From positions 14,209 through 78,208 of the forward strand of contig JAXDZV010000030.1 in NCBI GenBank assembly GCA_034086705.1: a stretch of DNA of 64,000 nt, written 5' to 3'. Shown in pieces: positions 33,034-43,353 of the stretch. Source of the DNA: Eubacteriales bacterium. GTDB taxonomy: Bacteria; Bacillota; Clostridia; Oscillospirales; CAG-272. The position numbers and the translations under genes were made by a program. Under the pieces are notes generated by a model. It was given only the letters and a program-made list of their open reading frames with translations, ran no database searches and had not been told where the DNA came from. Within the stretch, counting starts at the first letter, position 1. Every line of letters begins with the position of its first letter.

Positions 33034-34332
33034 TTAGTCTCTGTCATTCAGGCAAGCAATACCCGGAAGTTCCTTGCCTTCCAAAAATTCCAGAGAAGCG
33101 CCACCGCCTGTTGAAATGTGCGTCATACGATCTGCGTAACCAAGCTGCTCCACAGCAGCCGCACTATCGCCGCCACCTATAATGGAGATCGCACCGCTTT
33201 GCGCAACTGCCTTCGCAACTGCCCTGGTACCTGAAGCAAAATTCTCCCACTCGGAAACCCCCATAGGTCCGTTCCATACAATGGTACCTGCGCCCTCAAT
33301 ACTCTTGGCAAACAGTTCCTGGGTTTTTTCACCGATATCCAACCCCATCCATCCATCTGGAATGGAATCCGAATATATCCGCATATATACCGTGTCTTCC
33401 TTATATTCTTTACCAATCACATTGTCGACAGGAAGCAGAAAGTTCACGCCTTTGGCGCGCGCTTTTTCCATCGTTTCTCTGGCAACATCCACTTTGTCTT
33501 CCTCGCAGATAGAGGTTCCAACGGAATTCCCCAAAGCCCGGAAAAACGTATATGCCATGCCCCCACCGATGATCAGCGTGTCTACCTTCTCAATCAGGTT
33601 GTTAATCACGCCGATTTTATCGGATACTTTGGCACCGCCCAAAATTGCGACAAACGGTCTAACCGGATTTTCCAACGCCTTTCCCATAACATCGATTTCC
33701 TTGCGAATCAAATACCCACAAACTGCCGGCAAATATGCAGCCACTCCCGCTGTAGATGCGTGTGCACGGTGGGCAGAGCCAAATGCGTCATTGACATACA
33801 ACTGGGCAAGATCTGCAAGTTCTTTGGAAAACCCGGGATCATTTTTCTCTTCTCTTGCGTCAAAGCGCACATTTTCCAGCAACAGCGCCTCTCCGGGTTG
33901 TAAGGCAGAGGCTTTCGTCTGCGCATCTGCACCGGTAATATCCTGGGCAAATGAAACAACACCGCCCAAAAGCTCATTCAGTCTCTGTGCAACAGGTGCA
34001 AGCGAGAACTTTGTGCGATCTGCTTCTGCTGCTTTTAAGAGCTTTTCTTTGGCTTGTGCCTGTTCGGACTCCGGCAAAGCAGCGACTTTCGCTTTTTCCT
34101 TTTTATTCAGGCCAAAGCCCGGCGTCAAAATGTTGTGCGGCTTGCCAAGGTGCGAGCACAAAATCACCCTTGCACCGTTGGACAGCAAATATTTGATAGT
34201 AGGCAACGCCTCGACAATACGCTTGTCTGAGGTGATCACACCATCCCGTAGCGGAACATTGAAATCACATCTTACAAGGACTTTTTTTCCTGCTACATCA
34301 ACATCTTCGATCGTCTTCTTATTATAGGTCAT
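33034..34332 (-). CDS. pgk: Phosphoglycerate kinase (with about 35-aa insertion)
   Basis: [35 protein letters not shown] and [18 protein letters not shown] are present. 432 aa. Confidence 0.95.
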   Translation of the reverse strand: MTYNKKTIEDVDVAGKKVLVRCDFNVPLRDGVITSDKRIVEALPTIKYLLSNGARVILCSHLGKPHNILTPGFGLNKKEKAKVAALPESEQAQAKEKLLKAAEADRTKFSLAPVAQRLNELLGGVVSFAQDITGADAQTKASALQPGEALLLENVRFDAREEKNDPGFSKELADLAQLYVNDAFGSAHRAHASTAGVAAYLPAVCGYLIRKEIDVMGKALENPVRPFVAILGGAKVSDKIGVINNLIEKVDTLIIGGGMAYTFFRALGNSVGTSICEEDKVDVARETMEKARAKGVNFLLPVDNVIGKEYKEDTVYMRIYSDSIPDGWMGLDIGEKTQELFAKSIEGAGTIVWNGPMGVSEWENFASGTRAVAKAVAQSGAISIIGGGDSAAAVEQLGYADRMTHISTGGGASLEFLEGKELPGIACLNDRD

Positions 34333-34375
34333 ATAATCCTCTCCTTTATCCGGTTTCAGCCGTTTTGATAGTTAA

Positions 34376-34404
34376 TTATACCACAAGCGGTATATATTTG
34401 CAAT
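34376..34404 (-). promoter_or_regulatory. Sigma-A-type promoter of pgk-tpiA
   Basis: On the minus strand: TTGCAA, 17-nt spacer, TATAAT with TGg (extended -10). Confidence 0.5.
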
Positions 34405-34434
34405 AGATTTTCGCACTTGTCCGGCAGAATCCGC

Positions 34435-35664
34435 TCATTTCCCACGCAAAATATCCCCCGGATACAGCAAAGTCGGTACTTGCGCATAAAAATACATATT
34501 AGGATGTGGTGCGGCATCAATGGAACTGCCGTCCATTGCATAAAACGCCCCCAAATGCAGCGAGCGACCGGGCTGTCCGGGTGTCAGCCATTCCACATCG
34601 GTGTTGGCACAAAGCTTGTTTTTTTGACGAAGCAATGCCAACCCTCTTTTGGCATCGTACGCTTCAACCACGCAAAGATACGCCTTTTCCCGCAAATATC
34701 CTGCAGTTTCTACCGTTTTTGCATCGGCCTGTGGCCGTTCGAAAAAATATCCTGTTGCATATGCGCGGTGACTGACGCTCTCCGTTTCGCGCAACCATGC
34801 AGGGTCAAACACATATCCCTGCGTATCTGCAAAATATCGGTCAATTGCCATTCGGTACGCATTGGTAATGACAGCGGTATAATATGCGCTCTTCATGCGC
34901 CCTTCGATTTTAAAGCTCGTAATGCCTGCTTGACAAAGCGCGGGAATATGCTCAATCATGCAAAGATCTTTCGCGCTCATGATAAATGTTCCCAGCTCAT
35001 TTTCTTCTATACCGAGCGCATCATCCGGTCGCTTCTCCTCAATAATACGATAATTCCACCGGCAAGGCTGCGTGCATGCGCCGCGATTCCCATCGCGCCC
35101 GGTAAAATAGTTTGATAATAGACACCGGCCGCTGTAGGAAATACACATAGAACCATGCACAAAGCATTCCACCTGTGCCCGAGTACCAAGCTGCCGAACA
35201 ATCTGCTCGATTTGTTGCAGCGTTAGTTCTCGAGCGAGAACGATCCGCTCTGCGCCCAGAGAGACCCACGCATGCGCAGCCGCGCTGCTAACAACACTTG
35301 CTTGTGTAGAAACATGCAATGGCATCTGTGGTAAAAGTTCCCGCGCCAGCATAAACACACCGAGGTCCGAAACAATCAGCGCATCCACTCCTGCTGCCTG
35401 TGCAGCCAACAGCGTGCGTCGCAGCGCTGGATATTCCTCATCCCGTGGCATCGTATTCACCGTTTGATATACACGGACGCCGTGCGCATGCGCATATTTT
35501 ACAGCACGCGGAAGTTCTTCTTCCGAAAAATTATCTGCTGCAGAACGCATGCCGAATGTCTTTGCGGCAAGATATACCGCATCTGCTCCAAACCGAACGG
35601 CGGCCTTTAATTTCTCAAAATTTCCAGCCGGAGACAAAAGCTCCGGTTTGTTTCCTATTTGCAA
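34435..35664 (-). CDS. Peptidase U32 family protein
   Basis: PELLSPAGNFEKLKAAVRFGADAVYL and the U32 signature ECFVHGSMCISYSGRCLLS are present. A TTG start lies 9 nt after the ggagg RBS, just after the ispE stop. Confidence 0.85.
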   Translation of the reverse strand: MQIGNKPELLSPAGNFEKLKAAVRFGADAVYLAAKTFGMRSAADNFSEEELPRAVKYAHAHGVRVYQTVNTMPRDEEYPALRRTLLAAQAAGVDALIVSDLGVFMLARELLPQMPLHVSTQASVVSSAAAHAWVSLGAERIVLARELTLQQIEQIVRQLGTRAQVECFVHGSMCISYSGRCLLSNYFTGRDGNRGACTQPCRWNYRIIEEKRPDDALGIEENELGTFIMSAKDLCMIEHIPALCQAGITSFKIEGRMKSAYYTAVITNAYRMAIDRYFADTQGYVFDPAWLRETESVSHRAYATGYFFERPQADAKTVETAGYLREKAYLCVVEAYDAKRGLALLRQKNKLCANTDVEWLTPGQPGRSLHLGAFYAMDGSSIDAAPHPNMYFYAQVPTLLYPGDILRGK

Positions 35665-35668
35665 AATC

Positions 35669-36553
35669 TTACGCCTCCAGACAATCTTGCGGTTCACACA
35701 CGTACGCAATATGCCCCATAGAGCAAATATGCGCCGCCGCTTCGATGGCGGCCTGTTTGGCTTGCGGTAAAAACAGGCCGAATACGCCGGCGCCGCTGCC
35801 GCTGAGCAGCGCTCCTTGCGCCCCGGTTTGGTGTAAAACATCCAACAAAGCAACACTCACAGGGCGCTGCGGCAAAACCGCCGTTGAAAAGCGGTTATAC
35901 ATAGCAGCGCAAATTTGCGACAAGTTGCCGCTTTGCAGTGCTGAAAGCAATGTTGCGCTGCTGGGCTGCTCACCTGTCGGCAGCGAATCCACTGCCTCGT
36001 AGGCCAATGCGGTACGCACGCCTTCACCGCCGAAAGCGAGCACCGCATAGCAAGGCGGTAGAGAAGGAAGCCCGCACAGTTCTTGTCCAAATCCCGTAGC
36101 ACGGCAACATCCCCCCTGCAAGCCAAACGGAACATCTGCACCGATTTTTGCTGCAAGTGCAATCAGCTCGTTCTTTTCCAGGGCGGCAAAAGCCTGCTGG
36201 CACAGCCGCAATACCGCTGCAGCATCTGCACTGCCCCCTCCAAATCCCGCCCCCGCGGGAATTCTCTTTTCAATTTGCAAAATCGCCCGATATCCGGAAA
36301 TCTTTGCAGCACGGCAATAGGCACGCAATGCAATCATTCCAAGATTTTGCTCCGCAGCACCGAAAGAACAATTTGTCACAAACTCCACACGATCCTCACC
36401 CGCAAGAGCAGGCGCAACAGTTAATGTAACAGTATCTTGTAAGCTCATTGCTTGCATAACCGTATCTACGGTATGGTACCCGTCGGCTCGTTTTGCGCCA
36501 ACAGAAAGAAACAAATTGACCTTAGCAAATGCGGAAGTGGTAAAGACACTCAT
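35669..36553 (-). CDS. ispE: 4-(cytidine 5'-diphospho)-2-C-methyl-D-erythritol kinase
   Basis: AKVNLFLSV and the GHMP motif IPAGAGFGGGSADAAAVL are present. Confidence 0.9.
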   Translation of the reverse strand: MSVFTTSAFAKVNLFLSVGAKRADGYHTVDTVMQAMSLQDTVTLTVAPALAGEDRVEFVTNCSFGAAEQNLGMIALRAYCRAAKISGYRAILQIEKRIPAGAGFGGGSADAAAVLRLCQQAFAALEKNELIALAAKIGADVPFGLQGGCCRATGFGQELCGLPSLPPCYAVLAFGGEGVRTALAYEAVDSLPTGEQPSSATLLSALQSGNLSQICAAMYNRFSTAVLPQRPVSVALLDVLHQTGAQGALLSGSGAGVFGLFLPQAKQAAIEAAAHICSMGHIAYVCEPQDCLEA

Positions 36554-36577
36554 ATGGTCTAAAACCATAATTCCCTC

Positions 36578-37765
36578 CTATCCCAAAAACCGCAGCAACA
36601 GATTCTTATGAATGCGTACACATCGATGCGGACACAACTCCTGACAGCAAAAGCAACGAATACAGCGATTTGAGTGAATCTTCGCCCGACGGGCAAAAGT
36701 TCCGTCTCGCCTGCGTACTTGCCGCAGCGTAATAGTATGTGCAGGACAAGCACTGACGCACCTTCCACACCCAACGCATGTCTTTTCAATAACCGGACGC
36801 GGCCGAAAGACAGCAAACACGTCTTTGCCAAACAGCTTTGGCAAACGTATCAAAGGGTTATGATCAGATTTTGTATCGGGCGCCAAAAAATGCTGCGGTG
36901 CCCTGGCAACGGGGTCGTCTCCGAGCAAGCAAATTTGCGGCGGACAAAGCCCACGTTCTTTTGCTTTTTCCAACATAAGTACCCTGCCCGAAAATCCAAG
37001 CAGCTCCGCTGCAACCATATCTAATGCAAATGCATTATCGGAGGCAAACAGGCAACCGACTGCATGTGGCTTGCCCGCCGTAGGACCGTTTCCTTCCATG
37101 CAAACAACAGCATCCAGTAGATTCAGCACCTGTGCACGCGTATGGTGCAGCAGGCATAGGTCTACCAGCATTTGTGAAAAATCGTCATACTCCGGAAAGC
37201 GCGCATGCATTTCGAATTTTTCAAGCCCCGGGATCGTGCCGAAAAAGTTCTTCACCGCACCGGACATAGTTGTAAGCGCATGACTTTTCAATTTTGATAA
37301 ATTGATCACAATATCCGCTTGCGCCACAGCATGGATGATGCGAAATTGTTTGGTAGCCTTTCCCTGTGGGAAAGAGAGTGTATCCGCAGTAAAATCATCG
37401 TTCAGCCTTGCGCGGTGCCCTCGCAGCGCATCTTCCATACCTGTTACTCGGTATACACCCGCAAGAGCCGCAGCATGAAACGGGCCACCGCAGCTTTCAG
37501 CCAGTACCACATCGGCGCACGCCGATTCGTCCAATACGCAAAGCACCGCATCCACCAAACTTGGATGTACAGTCGCCGCACGGTCCGGCTCCGCTTTCAT
37601 GACAAGATTGGGCTTGAGAACCACCCGTTTTCCGCGCAATGTCTCCGATGTGAGGCCGAATTGCGCAAAGGCCTGCCGTACAAAGTTACACAGCAACTGC
37701 CGGTCCGAATATCCCTGAGCATATCGACACAGAACACGGTCGCATGATGCAAGTGATTTTTCCAA
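36578..37765 (-). CDS. DUF362 domain protein with C-terminal 2x[4Fe-4S] ferredoxin domain
   Basis: VVLKPNLV-type DUF362 core, plus CVGCGRCVSACP and CIRCFCCQELCP. Confidence 0.8.
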   Translation of the reverse strand: MEKSLASCDRVLCRYAQGYSDRQLLCNFVRQAFAQFGLTSETLRGKRVVLKPNLVMKAEPDRAATVHPSLVDAVLCVLDESACADVVLAESCGGPFHAAALAGVYRVTGMEDALRGHRARLNDDFTADTLSFPQGKATKQFRIIHAVAQADIVINLSKLKSHALTTMSGAVKNFFGTIPGLEKFEMHARFPEYDDFSQMLVDLCLLHHTRAQVLNLLDAVVCMEGNGPTAGKPHAVGCLFASDNAFALDMVAAELLGFSGRVLMLEKAKERGLCPPQICLLGDDPVARAPQHFLAPDTKSDHNPLIRLPKLFGKDVFAVFRPRPVIEKTCVGCGRCVSACPAHTITLRQVRRRDGTFARRAKIHSNRCIRCFCCQELCPHRCVRIHKNLLLRFLG

Positions 37766-37771
37766 AGCAGT

Positions 37772-38950
37772 CTACCCCCGTTTATTTTCGCGCTCAAAGA
37801 ACGCAGCTATCCTCTCAAGAGCCTGCGCAATATGTGACACAGAATATGCATAAGAAATTCTTGCGCAGCCCTCACCTCCGACACCAAACGCACTGCCGGG
37901 CACAATTGCAACACCGGCCTGTTCCAAAAGCCTGCTGCAGAATTGTTCCGAAGTTTCGCCGGATGGTGCAATATGCGGAAATGCATAAAATGCCCCCTGC
38001 GGTTCAAAGCAGGAAACACCAAGATCGCGTAACCCGTCCAGCAACAGCACACGGCGGCGGTTATATTGCGCCTTCATTTGTTCTACGTCTTCATCTCCGT
38101 TGCGCAGTGCTTCGATGGCGGCAAACTGCGATGCAGTCGGCGCACACATAATTCCGTATTGATGAATTTTATATATCTGTGAAATGATTTCCCGCGGCGC
38201 GCAAAGATAGCCAAGTCGCCAACCTGTCATCGCCCAGGCTTTGGAAAAACCGCTGACCAACACAGTGCGCTCCCACATGCCGTCAATCGATGCAATGGAG
38301 GCATGCTGCATACCGTATGTCAGTTCAGCGTAAATCTCATCTGCCAGAACCATAACGTTTGTGCCGCGCAGCACATCCGCAAGCGCACATAGTTCTTCCC
38401 TTGTCAAAATCGCCCCGGTCGGATTGTTGGGATACGGTAAAACCAAAAGCTTGGTGTGCGGTGTGATTGCCTGGCGCAGTGCAGCAGGTGTCAGCTTGTA
38501 TGCATCTTTCTGCTGCGTTGCAATACTAACGATCTTTGCACCGTACAACTCCGCCAGCGGACGATAACAGACAAATGCAGGTTGCGGCAAAATCACCTCA
38601 TCTCCAGGCTCAATCAGCGTTCGCAGCGCAACATCAATCGCTTCGCTGCCGCCTACGGTGACCATAATTTCCTTACAAGGATCATAACGAAGAGAAAAGC
38701 GCCGCAATAAATAAGCGGAAATTTCTTCCCGCAGCGCACGCATTCCCAGATTTTCCGTATACCAGGTCTTTCCGTTTTCAATCGAACGCATACCTGCCTG
38801 CCGAATATGAAACGGAGTCACAAAGTCCGGCTGCCCAACCGTCAGAGAAATGACATCCGGTCGATTCCCAAGCATTTCAAAAAACTTCCGTATACCGGAG
38901 GGCTGCATTGTTTGTACCCTGCGGGAAATTATCTGATTATAGTCGATCAT
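37772..38950 (-). CDS. Class I/II PLP-dependent aminotransferase
   Basis: LTVGQPDF, PNNPTG and SGFSKAWAMTGWRLGY (PLP lysine) are present. Confidence 0.9.
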   Translation of the reverse strand: MIDYNQIISRRVQTMQPSGIRKFFEMLGNRPDVISLTVGQPDFVTPFHIRQAGMRSIENGKTWYTENLGMRALREEISAYLLRRFSLRYDPCKEIMVTVGGSEAIDVALRTLIEPGDEVILPQPAFVCYRPLAELYGAKIVSIATQQKDAYKLTPAALRQAITPHTKLLVLPYPNNPTGAILTREELCALADVLRGTNVMVLADEIYAELTYGMQHASIASIDGMWERTVLVSGFSKAWAMTGWRLGYLCAPREIISQIYKIHQYGIMCAPTASQFAAIEALRNGDEDVEQMKAQYNRRRVLLLDGLRDLGVSCFEPQGAFYAFPHIAPSGETSEQFCSRLLEQAGVAIVPGSAFGVGGEGCARISYAYSVSHIAQALERIAAFFERENKRG

Positions 38951-38965
38951 GCAATGCTCCCTCGC

Positions 38966-39448
38966 TTATACCTCGCCAAAGTTGCGCTCGTCCTCCGCTT
39001 TTTCACCGTAGACCACGCCGTTGTCCTTATATTTGCGCAACACAAAATGTGTTGCCGTTGCCGTAATATTCTCCATGATTGACAGCTTCTCAGCCACAAA
39101 TAAGGCGACCTCACGCATTGTCTTACCACTAACCAATACACACAGATCGAAGCCTCCTGACATCAGCCAGGCACTCTGTACCTCCGGAAAGTTGCAAATT
39201 CTACCGGCAATTTCATCGAATCCGCGATCCGGCTGCGGCACCACCTTAAGCTCGATCAGCGCCGTAATATATTCACGGTCTGTTTTTTCCCAGTCTATCA
39301 ATGTTTGATATCCTAAAATGGTCTGATCTTCTTCGTACGCGCGAACTTGCTGCCTAATTTCTTCTTCTGTCCGATCACCGCACATCACAGCAAGTTCCTT
39401 GGGTGTCAGTTTTGCGTCTTGTTCCAATAAAGCAAGTATCTTGTCCAT
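38966..39448 (-). CDS. Lrp/AsnC family transcriptional regulator
   Basis: An N-terminal HTH (ILALLEQDAKLTPKELAVMCG) and a C-terminal RAM/AsnC_trans_reg domain. 160 aa. Confidence 0.85.
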   Translation of the reverse strand: MDKILALLEQDAKLTPKELAVMCGDRTEEEIRQQVRAYEEDQTILGYQTLIDWEKTDREYITALIELKVVPQPDRGFDEIAGRICNFPEVQSAWLMSGGFDLCVLVSGKTMREVALFVAEKLSIMENITATATHFVLRKYKDNGVVYGEKAEDERNFGEV

Positions 39449-39460
39449 TGCATTCTCTCC

Positions 39461-40306
39461 TCATATTTTCAGTGCCGCAGCACGCTGTGCACCAATCATT
39501 CGTATTAAATCCGCAATTGCGCCGCTGTCATTCGAGCAAACACGAAACGCACATGTATCTTTGACTTTCTGTTGTGCATTTTCCGGGCAAACCGCAACAT
39601 CTGCCGCACGCAACAGCGGCAGGTCATTTTCATAGTCTCCGATGCCATAGGTTGTAACGGGGGTTCCTGCTGCAGCATATTTTTCCTTTAAATATCGTAG
39701 TTGCACACCTTTGGAGGCATCTTTTGCCAAAACCTCCAGCAAACTCGGTGAGGACTTCATAATTGCAAACCGTGTGCTCGCCTTGTCCTGCAACATCGAT
39801 GTGCGCACCGCAGCAAGCACCTCCGCTGTGCCGTGAAAAACAATCTTGTTCCAACCGCTTCGCGGCATCTGCGACAGTGTGCAAAGATGAATGTGTCCCT
39901 CATACAAAGCAAGCTCACGCTCCATTTGCGGTGTCAACACCGGCACATAAAACTCGTCTGCGACACTGAGCCGAAACCCTACCTGCGGATACAATGACGT
40001 CAATCGCTCTAAAAATGGGTATGCCGCTGCCGTATCCATGCAAATTTCATTTTCGATTTTTCCCGTACGCAAATCGCACACATAACTTCCATTGGAAAGA
40101 ATACTCGGTGCACTCGTCAAAGCACCGATCCCCGGTATCAGGCGTTCCAGAGAACAATGCGTTCGTCCTGTTGCAAAACAAAACCTGCCGCCCTGCTTTG
40201 TAAAGCTGCGAATATATGCTGCATTCACCGGTACGATTTTTCCGTCAGAATCTAAAAAAGTCATATCAATATCACTGGCAATCAACACACCGTCAAACAA
40301 CCCCAT
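39461..40306 (-). CDS. Cof-type HAD-IIB family hydrolase
   Basis: IASDIDMTFLD (DxD motif) and GDYENDLPLL are present. The start follows the aggag RBS; the track ORF is N-terminally over-extended. Confidence 0.85.
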   Translation of the reverse strand: MGLFDGVLIASDIDMTFLDSDGKIVPVNAAYIRSFTKQGGRFCFATGRTHCSLERLIPGIGALTSAPSILSNGSYVCDLRTGKIENEICMDTAAAYPFLERLTSLYPQVGFRLSVADEFYVPVLTPQMERELALYEGHIHLCTLSQMPRSGWNKIVFHGTAEVLAAVRTSMLQDKASTRFAIMKSSPSLLEVLAKDASKGVQLRYLKEKYAAAGTPVTTYGIGDYENDLPLLRAADVAVCPENAQQKVKDTCAFRVCSNDSGAIADLIRMIGAQRAAALKI

Positions 40307-40322
40307 CGTATTTCTCCTAGCT

Positions 40323-41249
40323 TCATGTAAACCTGCGGCGTAATCGCGCCAAAATATCTGAAAACTCTGCCGGCAAAGGCGCTTCAAAACTGAGGTACTC
40401 GCCGCTGCTCGGATGCGTAAAACCAAGTTTTGCCGCATACAGACATTGGCCATGTAAAAGCGTCCCCAGTTCTTTTTCAAACGGTGTATGCCCGCCGCCA
40501 TATACAGTATCTCCAAGTAAGGGGTGTCCAATATAGGACATATGCACACGAATTTGATGCGTACGCCCCGTGCGCAGCGTACAAGCTATGTAAGTATAGC
40601 TTCCAAAGCGCTCCAACACTTGATATTCCGTATATGCCTGCCTGGCCGCATCCGTATGGCTGACTGCCATACGCTTGCGGTCAGTTGGATGCCGAGCAAT
40701 CGGCTCGTCTATTGCTCCGCAATCCTGCTTGAGATTGCCGAGCACTACAGCGCGGTATTCCCGCAAAAAAGTATGTGCACGAATCTGCGCGGCCAACGCA
40801 AGATGGGCTACATCATTTTTGGCAACCATCAAAAGCCCCGCCGTATCTTTATCGATTCGATGCACAATTCCCGGCCGTATCACACCACCGATGCCGGAAA
40901 GCGAAGAGCCGCAATGCGCTAGCAGCGCGTTGACAAGCGTTCCGTCCACATGTCCCGCAGCTGGGTGCACTACCATTCCCTTTGGCTTATTAACGACAAG
41001 TAAATCATCGTCTTCATATACCACGCACAGCGGAATCGGCTGCGGCTGTGCGACAGCGGGAACCGGCGGCGGAAGATGCAGCTCATAGACGGCATTGGCA
41101 GTCGTTTTGCTGTTTTTTGCAGGCGTTTTTCCCTCACAAACGACATTGCCTTGTTCCAACAGGCGTTGAATTGCACTGCGGGAAAGGCCTGTTGCACAAG
41201 CAAGCGCCGTGTCCAATCGTACCCCAACCGGTAGATCCCGTATAATCAT
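40323..41249 (-). CDS. rluD: RluA-family pseudouridine synthase (RluD-like)
   Basis: An S4 domain, HRIDKDTAGLL and GRTHQIRVH are present. Confidence 0.9.
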   Translation of the reverse strand: MIIRDLPVGVRLDTALACATGLSRSAIQRLLEQGNVVCEGKTPAKNSKTTANAVYELHLPPPVPAVAQPQPIPLCVVYEDDDLLVVNKPKGMVVHPAAGHVDGTLVNALLAHCGSSLSGIGGVIRPGIVHRIDKDTAGLLMVAKNDVAHLALAAQIRAHTFLREYRAVVLGNLKQDCGAIDEPIARHPTDRKRMAVSHTDAARQAYTEYQVLERFGSYTYIACTLRTGRTHQIRVHMSYIGHPLLGDTVYGGGHTPFEKELGTLLHGQCLYAAKLGFTHPSSGEYLSFEAPLPAEFSDILARLRRRFT

Positions 41250-41800
41250 TGTATACCGTCTCCATTGTTGTCATCTGCTGCCCGTTTTTCCCGCGTGCAA
41301 AACAGCGGTTCTGCAGTACGGGCATCGAAAAAGAGCAAATAAAACAATAGTAACGCACAGCCGATGCACACAAAACTGTCTGCCGCATTGAAAACCGCAA
41401 AATCAATAAAACGCAAATCGATAAAATCCGTGACATATCCAAGACGGCAACGATCAATCATATTACCAATACCGCCCCCTGCAATCATTGCAAGCGCCGT
41501 ACAAAACAAAGCGCAACGGCGCGCAAACACCCAAAGACAGACAAATACGCCGATAATTGCAATACTTGACAGCACCATAAACACCCAACGGTGATTTTGT
41601 AAAATACCAAACGCAGCTCCTGTGTTTCTCACATAGCTCAGATGCAGTACACCCGGGATCAATGCCTTTGTTTCCCCCAAAGCAAAATGCTCCGTGATCA
41701 GATACTTTGTCCATTGATCAATTCCCACAAGCACCAACGCCAACGCAAGCCAGACAATTCTTCTGCCAACAGCTGTCGTTTTTTGTTTTATCGGTTCCAT
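41246..41800 (-). CDS. lspA: Signal peptidase II (lipoprotein signal peptidase)
   Basis: YVRNTGAAFG and GGGIGNMIDR..GYVTDFI motifs, with 4 TM helices. Confidence 0.9.
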   Translation of the reverse strand: MEPIKQKTTAVGRRIVWLALALVLVGIDQWTKYLITEHFALGETKALIPGVLHLSYVRNTGAAFGILQNHRWVFMVLSSIAIIGVFVCLWVFARRCALFCTALAMIAGGGIGNMIDRCRLGYVTDFIDLRFIDFAVFNAADSFVCIGCALLLFYLLFFDARTAEPLFCTREKRAADDNNGDGIQ

Positions 41801-41820
41801 CTATCTCTCCCTCCGCCGCT

Positions 41821-43329
41821 TCAATTTTGAGCGGCAGCTTTAATTTTTCGTTTTGCCGCATTGTGCTCTGCATCAGTGCGAGAGAAAATACTGTGTCCTT
41901 CTGCATCTGCAACAAAATAGTAATAATTTGTGCTGTTTGGATACAGTGCCGCGTCAATTGCATTTAAACCGGGGTTGCAGATGGCTCCTGGAGTCAAACC
42001 GGGATATAAATAGGTGTTATACGGACTGTCCGTTGCCAGATCCGACTCTGTCAGATCCACTGTTCGTTCCGGCAACACATACTGAATGGTCGCATCACTT
42101 TGTAAATAGGGATACCGCACAGGATCTGCCAAACGATTATGAAAAACAGAAGAAATATCTTCAAATTCATCCACATAACGCCCCTCTGCCTGAATGATGG
42201 AAGCAAGCGTAATCAACTGATCCATAGTGAAACCTTCTTCTTGCGCCTTCTCAAACCGGTCATCCGTCAGTTTGACTGCAGTATTTTGCAAGAACTTATC
42301 GATAACGTCTGCTTCGGACGCATCCTGGAAAAAGTAATACGTATCCGGGAAAAGATACCCATCCAAACGATAAATTCGCCCCTGCGGCAACGGATCGGGC
42401 AGCTCGTTAAGGAATCGATATGAATCGCCAAAATCAAAATGATTGATAACATCGACGTATTTTTCACGCGTTCCGATCCCTTTGGCACAAAGCAAATCGA
42501 TAATCTCGTCCGTTGTATACCCCTCGGGTATAGTAATCACAAGCGTTTCTCGTTGCCGTTTTGCTTCAGCGTTATTAAAGACATCAATAAATTCTTCATA
42601 ATTCAGCTGCGGAGATACCTCATAGGTCCCCGGAACAAAGTCCAGCTGTACTTTTTTCAGACGCATGTAGAACTTAAACATTTTCGGATGCTTAATCAAT
42701 CCGTTTTCGTGCAAAAGCTGCGCTACATCGTCTAAAGTCATATACTCTGTGATCTGCACCGAGCAAACCGTATCGTCTTTGGAAAAGGCAAAAACATCGT
42801 TTCCGACACTAATGATAAAGTAACTCAAAAAAACAGACACCACAAGCACGCAAACAATATAAATCACTGCTTTTACCACGCTGGGCAGCGTACTTCCGCC
42901 CGGAGTTGCACCGGATTTTTGAATTGTCTTCTTCTGCACGGTTCTCTTGTTCTGCATACTCTGTCCCTGTAGACGCGTAGATGGTTGTGATGGTGTCGCG
43001 GCAGACCGCCCTGCGGCAGTCGAGTGCCCCGCATTTCCCTGTGCCGTTTGCGCAGCAGACTGTCCTGCGGCAGCCGAGTGCCCCGCGTTTCCCTGTGCCG
43101 TTTGCGCAGCAGACTGTCCAGCAGCAGCCGAGTGCCCCGCATTTCCCTGTGGCGCTTGTGTGCCGGGTGACACACCTCTCCCGTACAAATGCTCTGCCTT
43201 CTCCACAGGCACAACTACTTCTTTAAATTCAAGTTCTCCGAAAATCTCACTGCCAAACGCATCCGCTCCGTCGTTTTGCAACGATTCTGTGTCCCCGTCC
43301 AAACGCTTATCTTTATCTTCCGTATTCAT
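41821..43329 (-). CDS. mltG: Endolytic murein transglycosylase MltG (YceG-like) with repeat-containing N-terminal extension
   Basis: The YceG core is ITIPEGYTTDEI, ASIIQAEG, NRL and SPYNTYLYPGLTPGAICNPG, with one TM helix. The N-terminus is about 130 aa of low complexity. Confidence 0.85.
   Translation of the reverse strand: MNTEDKDKRLDGDTESLQNDGADAFGSEIFGELEFKEVVVPVEKAEHLYGRGVSPGTQAPQGNAGHSAAAGQSAAQTAQGNAGHSAAAGQSAAQTAQGNAGHSTAAGRSAATPSQPSTRLQGQSMQNKRTVQKKTIQKSGATPGGSTLPSVVKAVIYIVCVLVVSVFLSYFIISVGNDVFAFSKDDTVCSVQITEYMTLDDVAQLLHENGLIKHPKMFKFYMRLKKVQLDFVPGTYEVSPQLNYEEFIDVFNNAEAKRQRETLVITIPEGYTTDEIIDLLCAKGIGTREKYVDVINHFDFGDSYRFLNELPDPLPQGRIYRLDGYLFPDTYYFFQDASEADVIDKFLQNTAVKLTDDRFEKAQEEGFTMDQLITLASIIQAEGRYVDEFEDISSVFHNRLADPVRYPYLQSDATIQYVLPERTVDLTESDLATDSPYNTYLYPGLTPGAICNPGLNAIDAALYPNSTNYYYFVADAEGHSIFSRTDAEHNAAKRKIKAAAQN
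43011..43164. repeat. 54-bp tandem repeat, about 2.8 copies, inside mltG
   Basis: Units 43011-43064 and 43065-43118 differ at 2 positions. The third unit is partial. The repeat encodes GNAGHSAAAGQSAAQTAQ three times. Confidence 0.9.
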
Positions 43330-43353
43330 TCTCTGCTCCTTTCCAATCCGCTC

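Noticed and set aside
33182-34327. 381-aa plus-strand ORF, and similar long ORFs at 26950..27885 (-), 44342..45097 (+), 28122..28832 (+), 34417..35115 (+), 249..902 (-) and 42947..43495 (+).
   Set aside because: Each lies antisense to, or out of frame with, a gene that has unmistakable family motifs (pgk, DUF3048, 5-FCL/DJ-1, the YpeB-like gene, U32, rluA, mltG). Their translations are low-complexity or rich in Cys and Arg with no recognisable motifs. They are shadow ORFs.
43011-43164. Tandem repeat considered as a CRISPR-like or other non-coding array.
   Set aside because: The units are directly adjacent with no spacers, and they are in-frame within mltG. This is a coding VNTR, not a CRISPR array.
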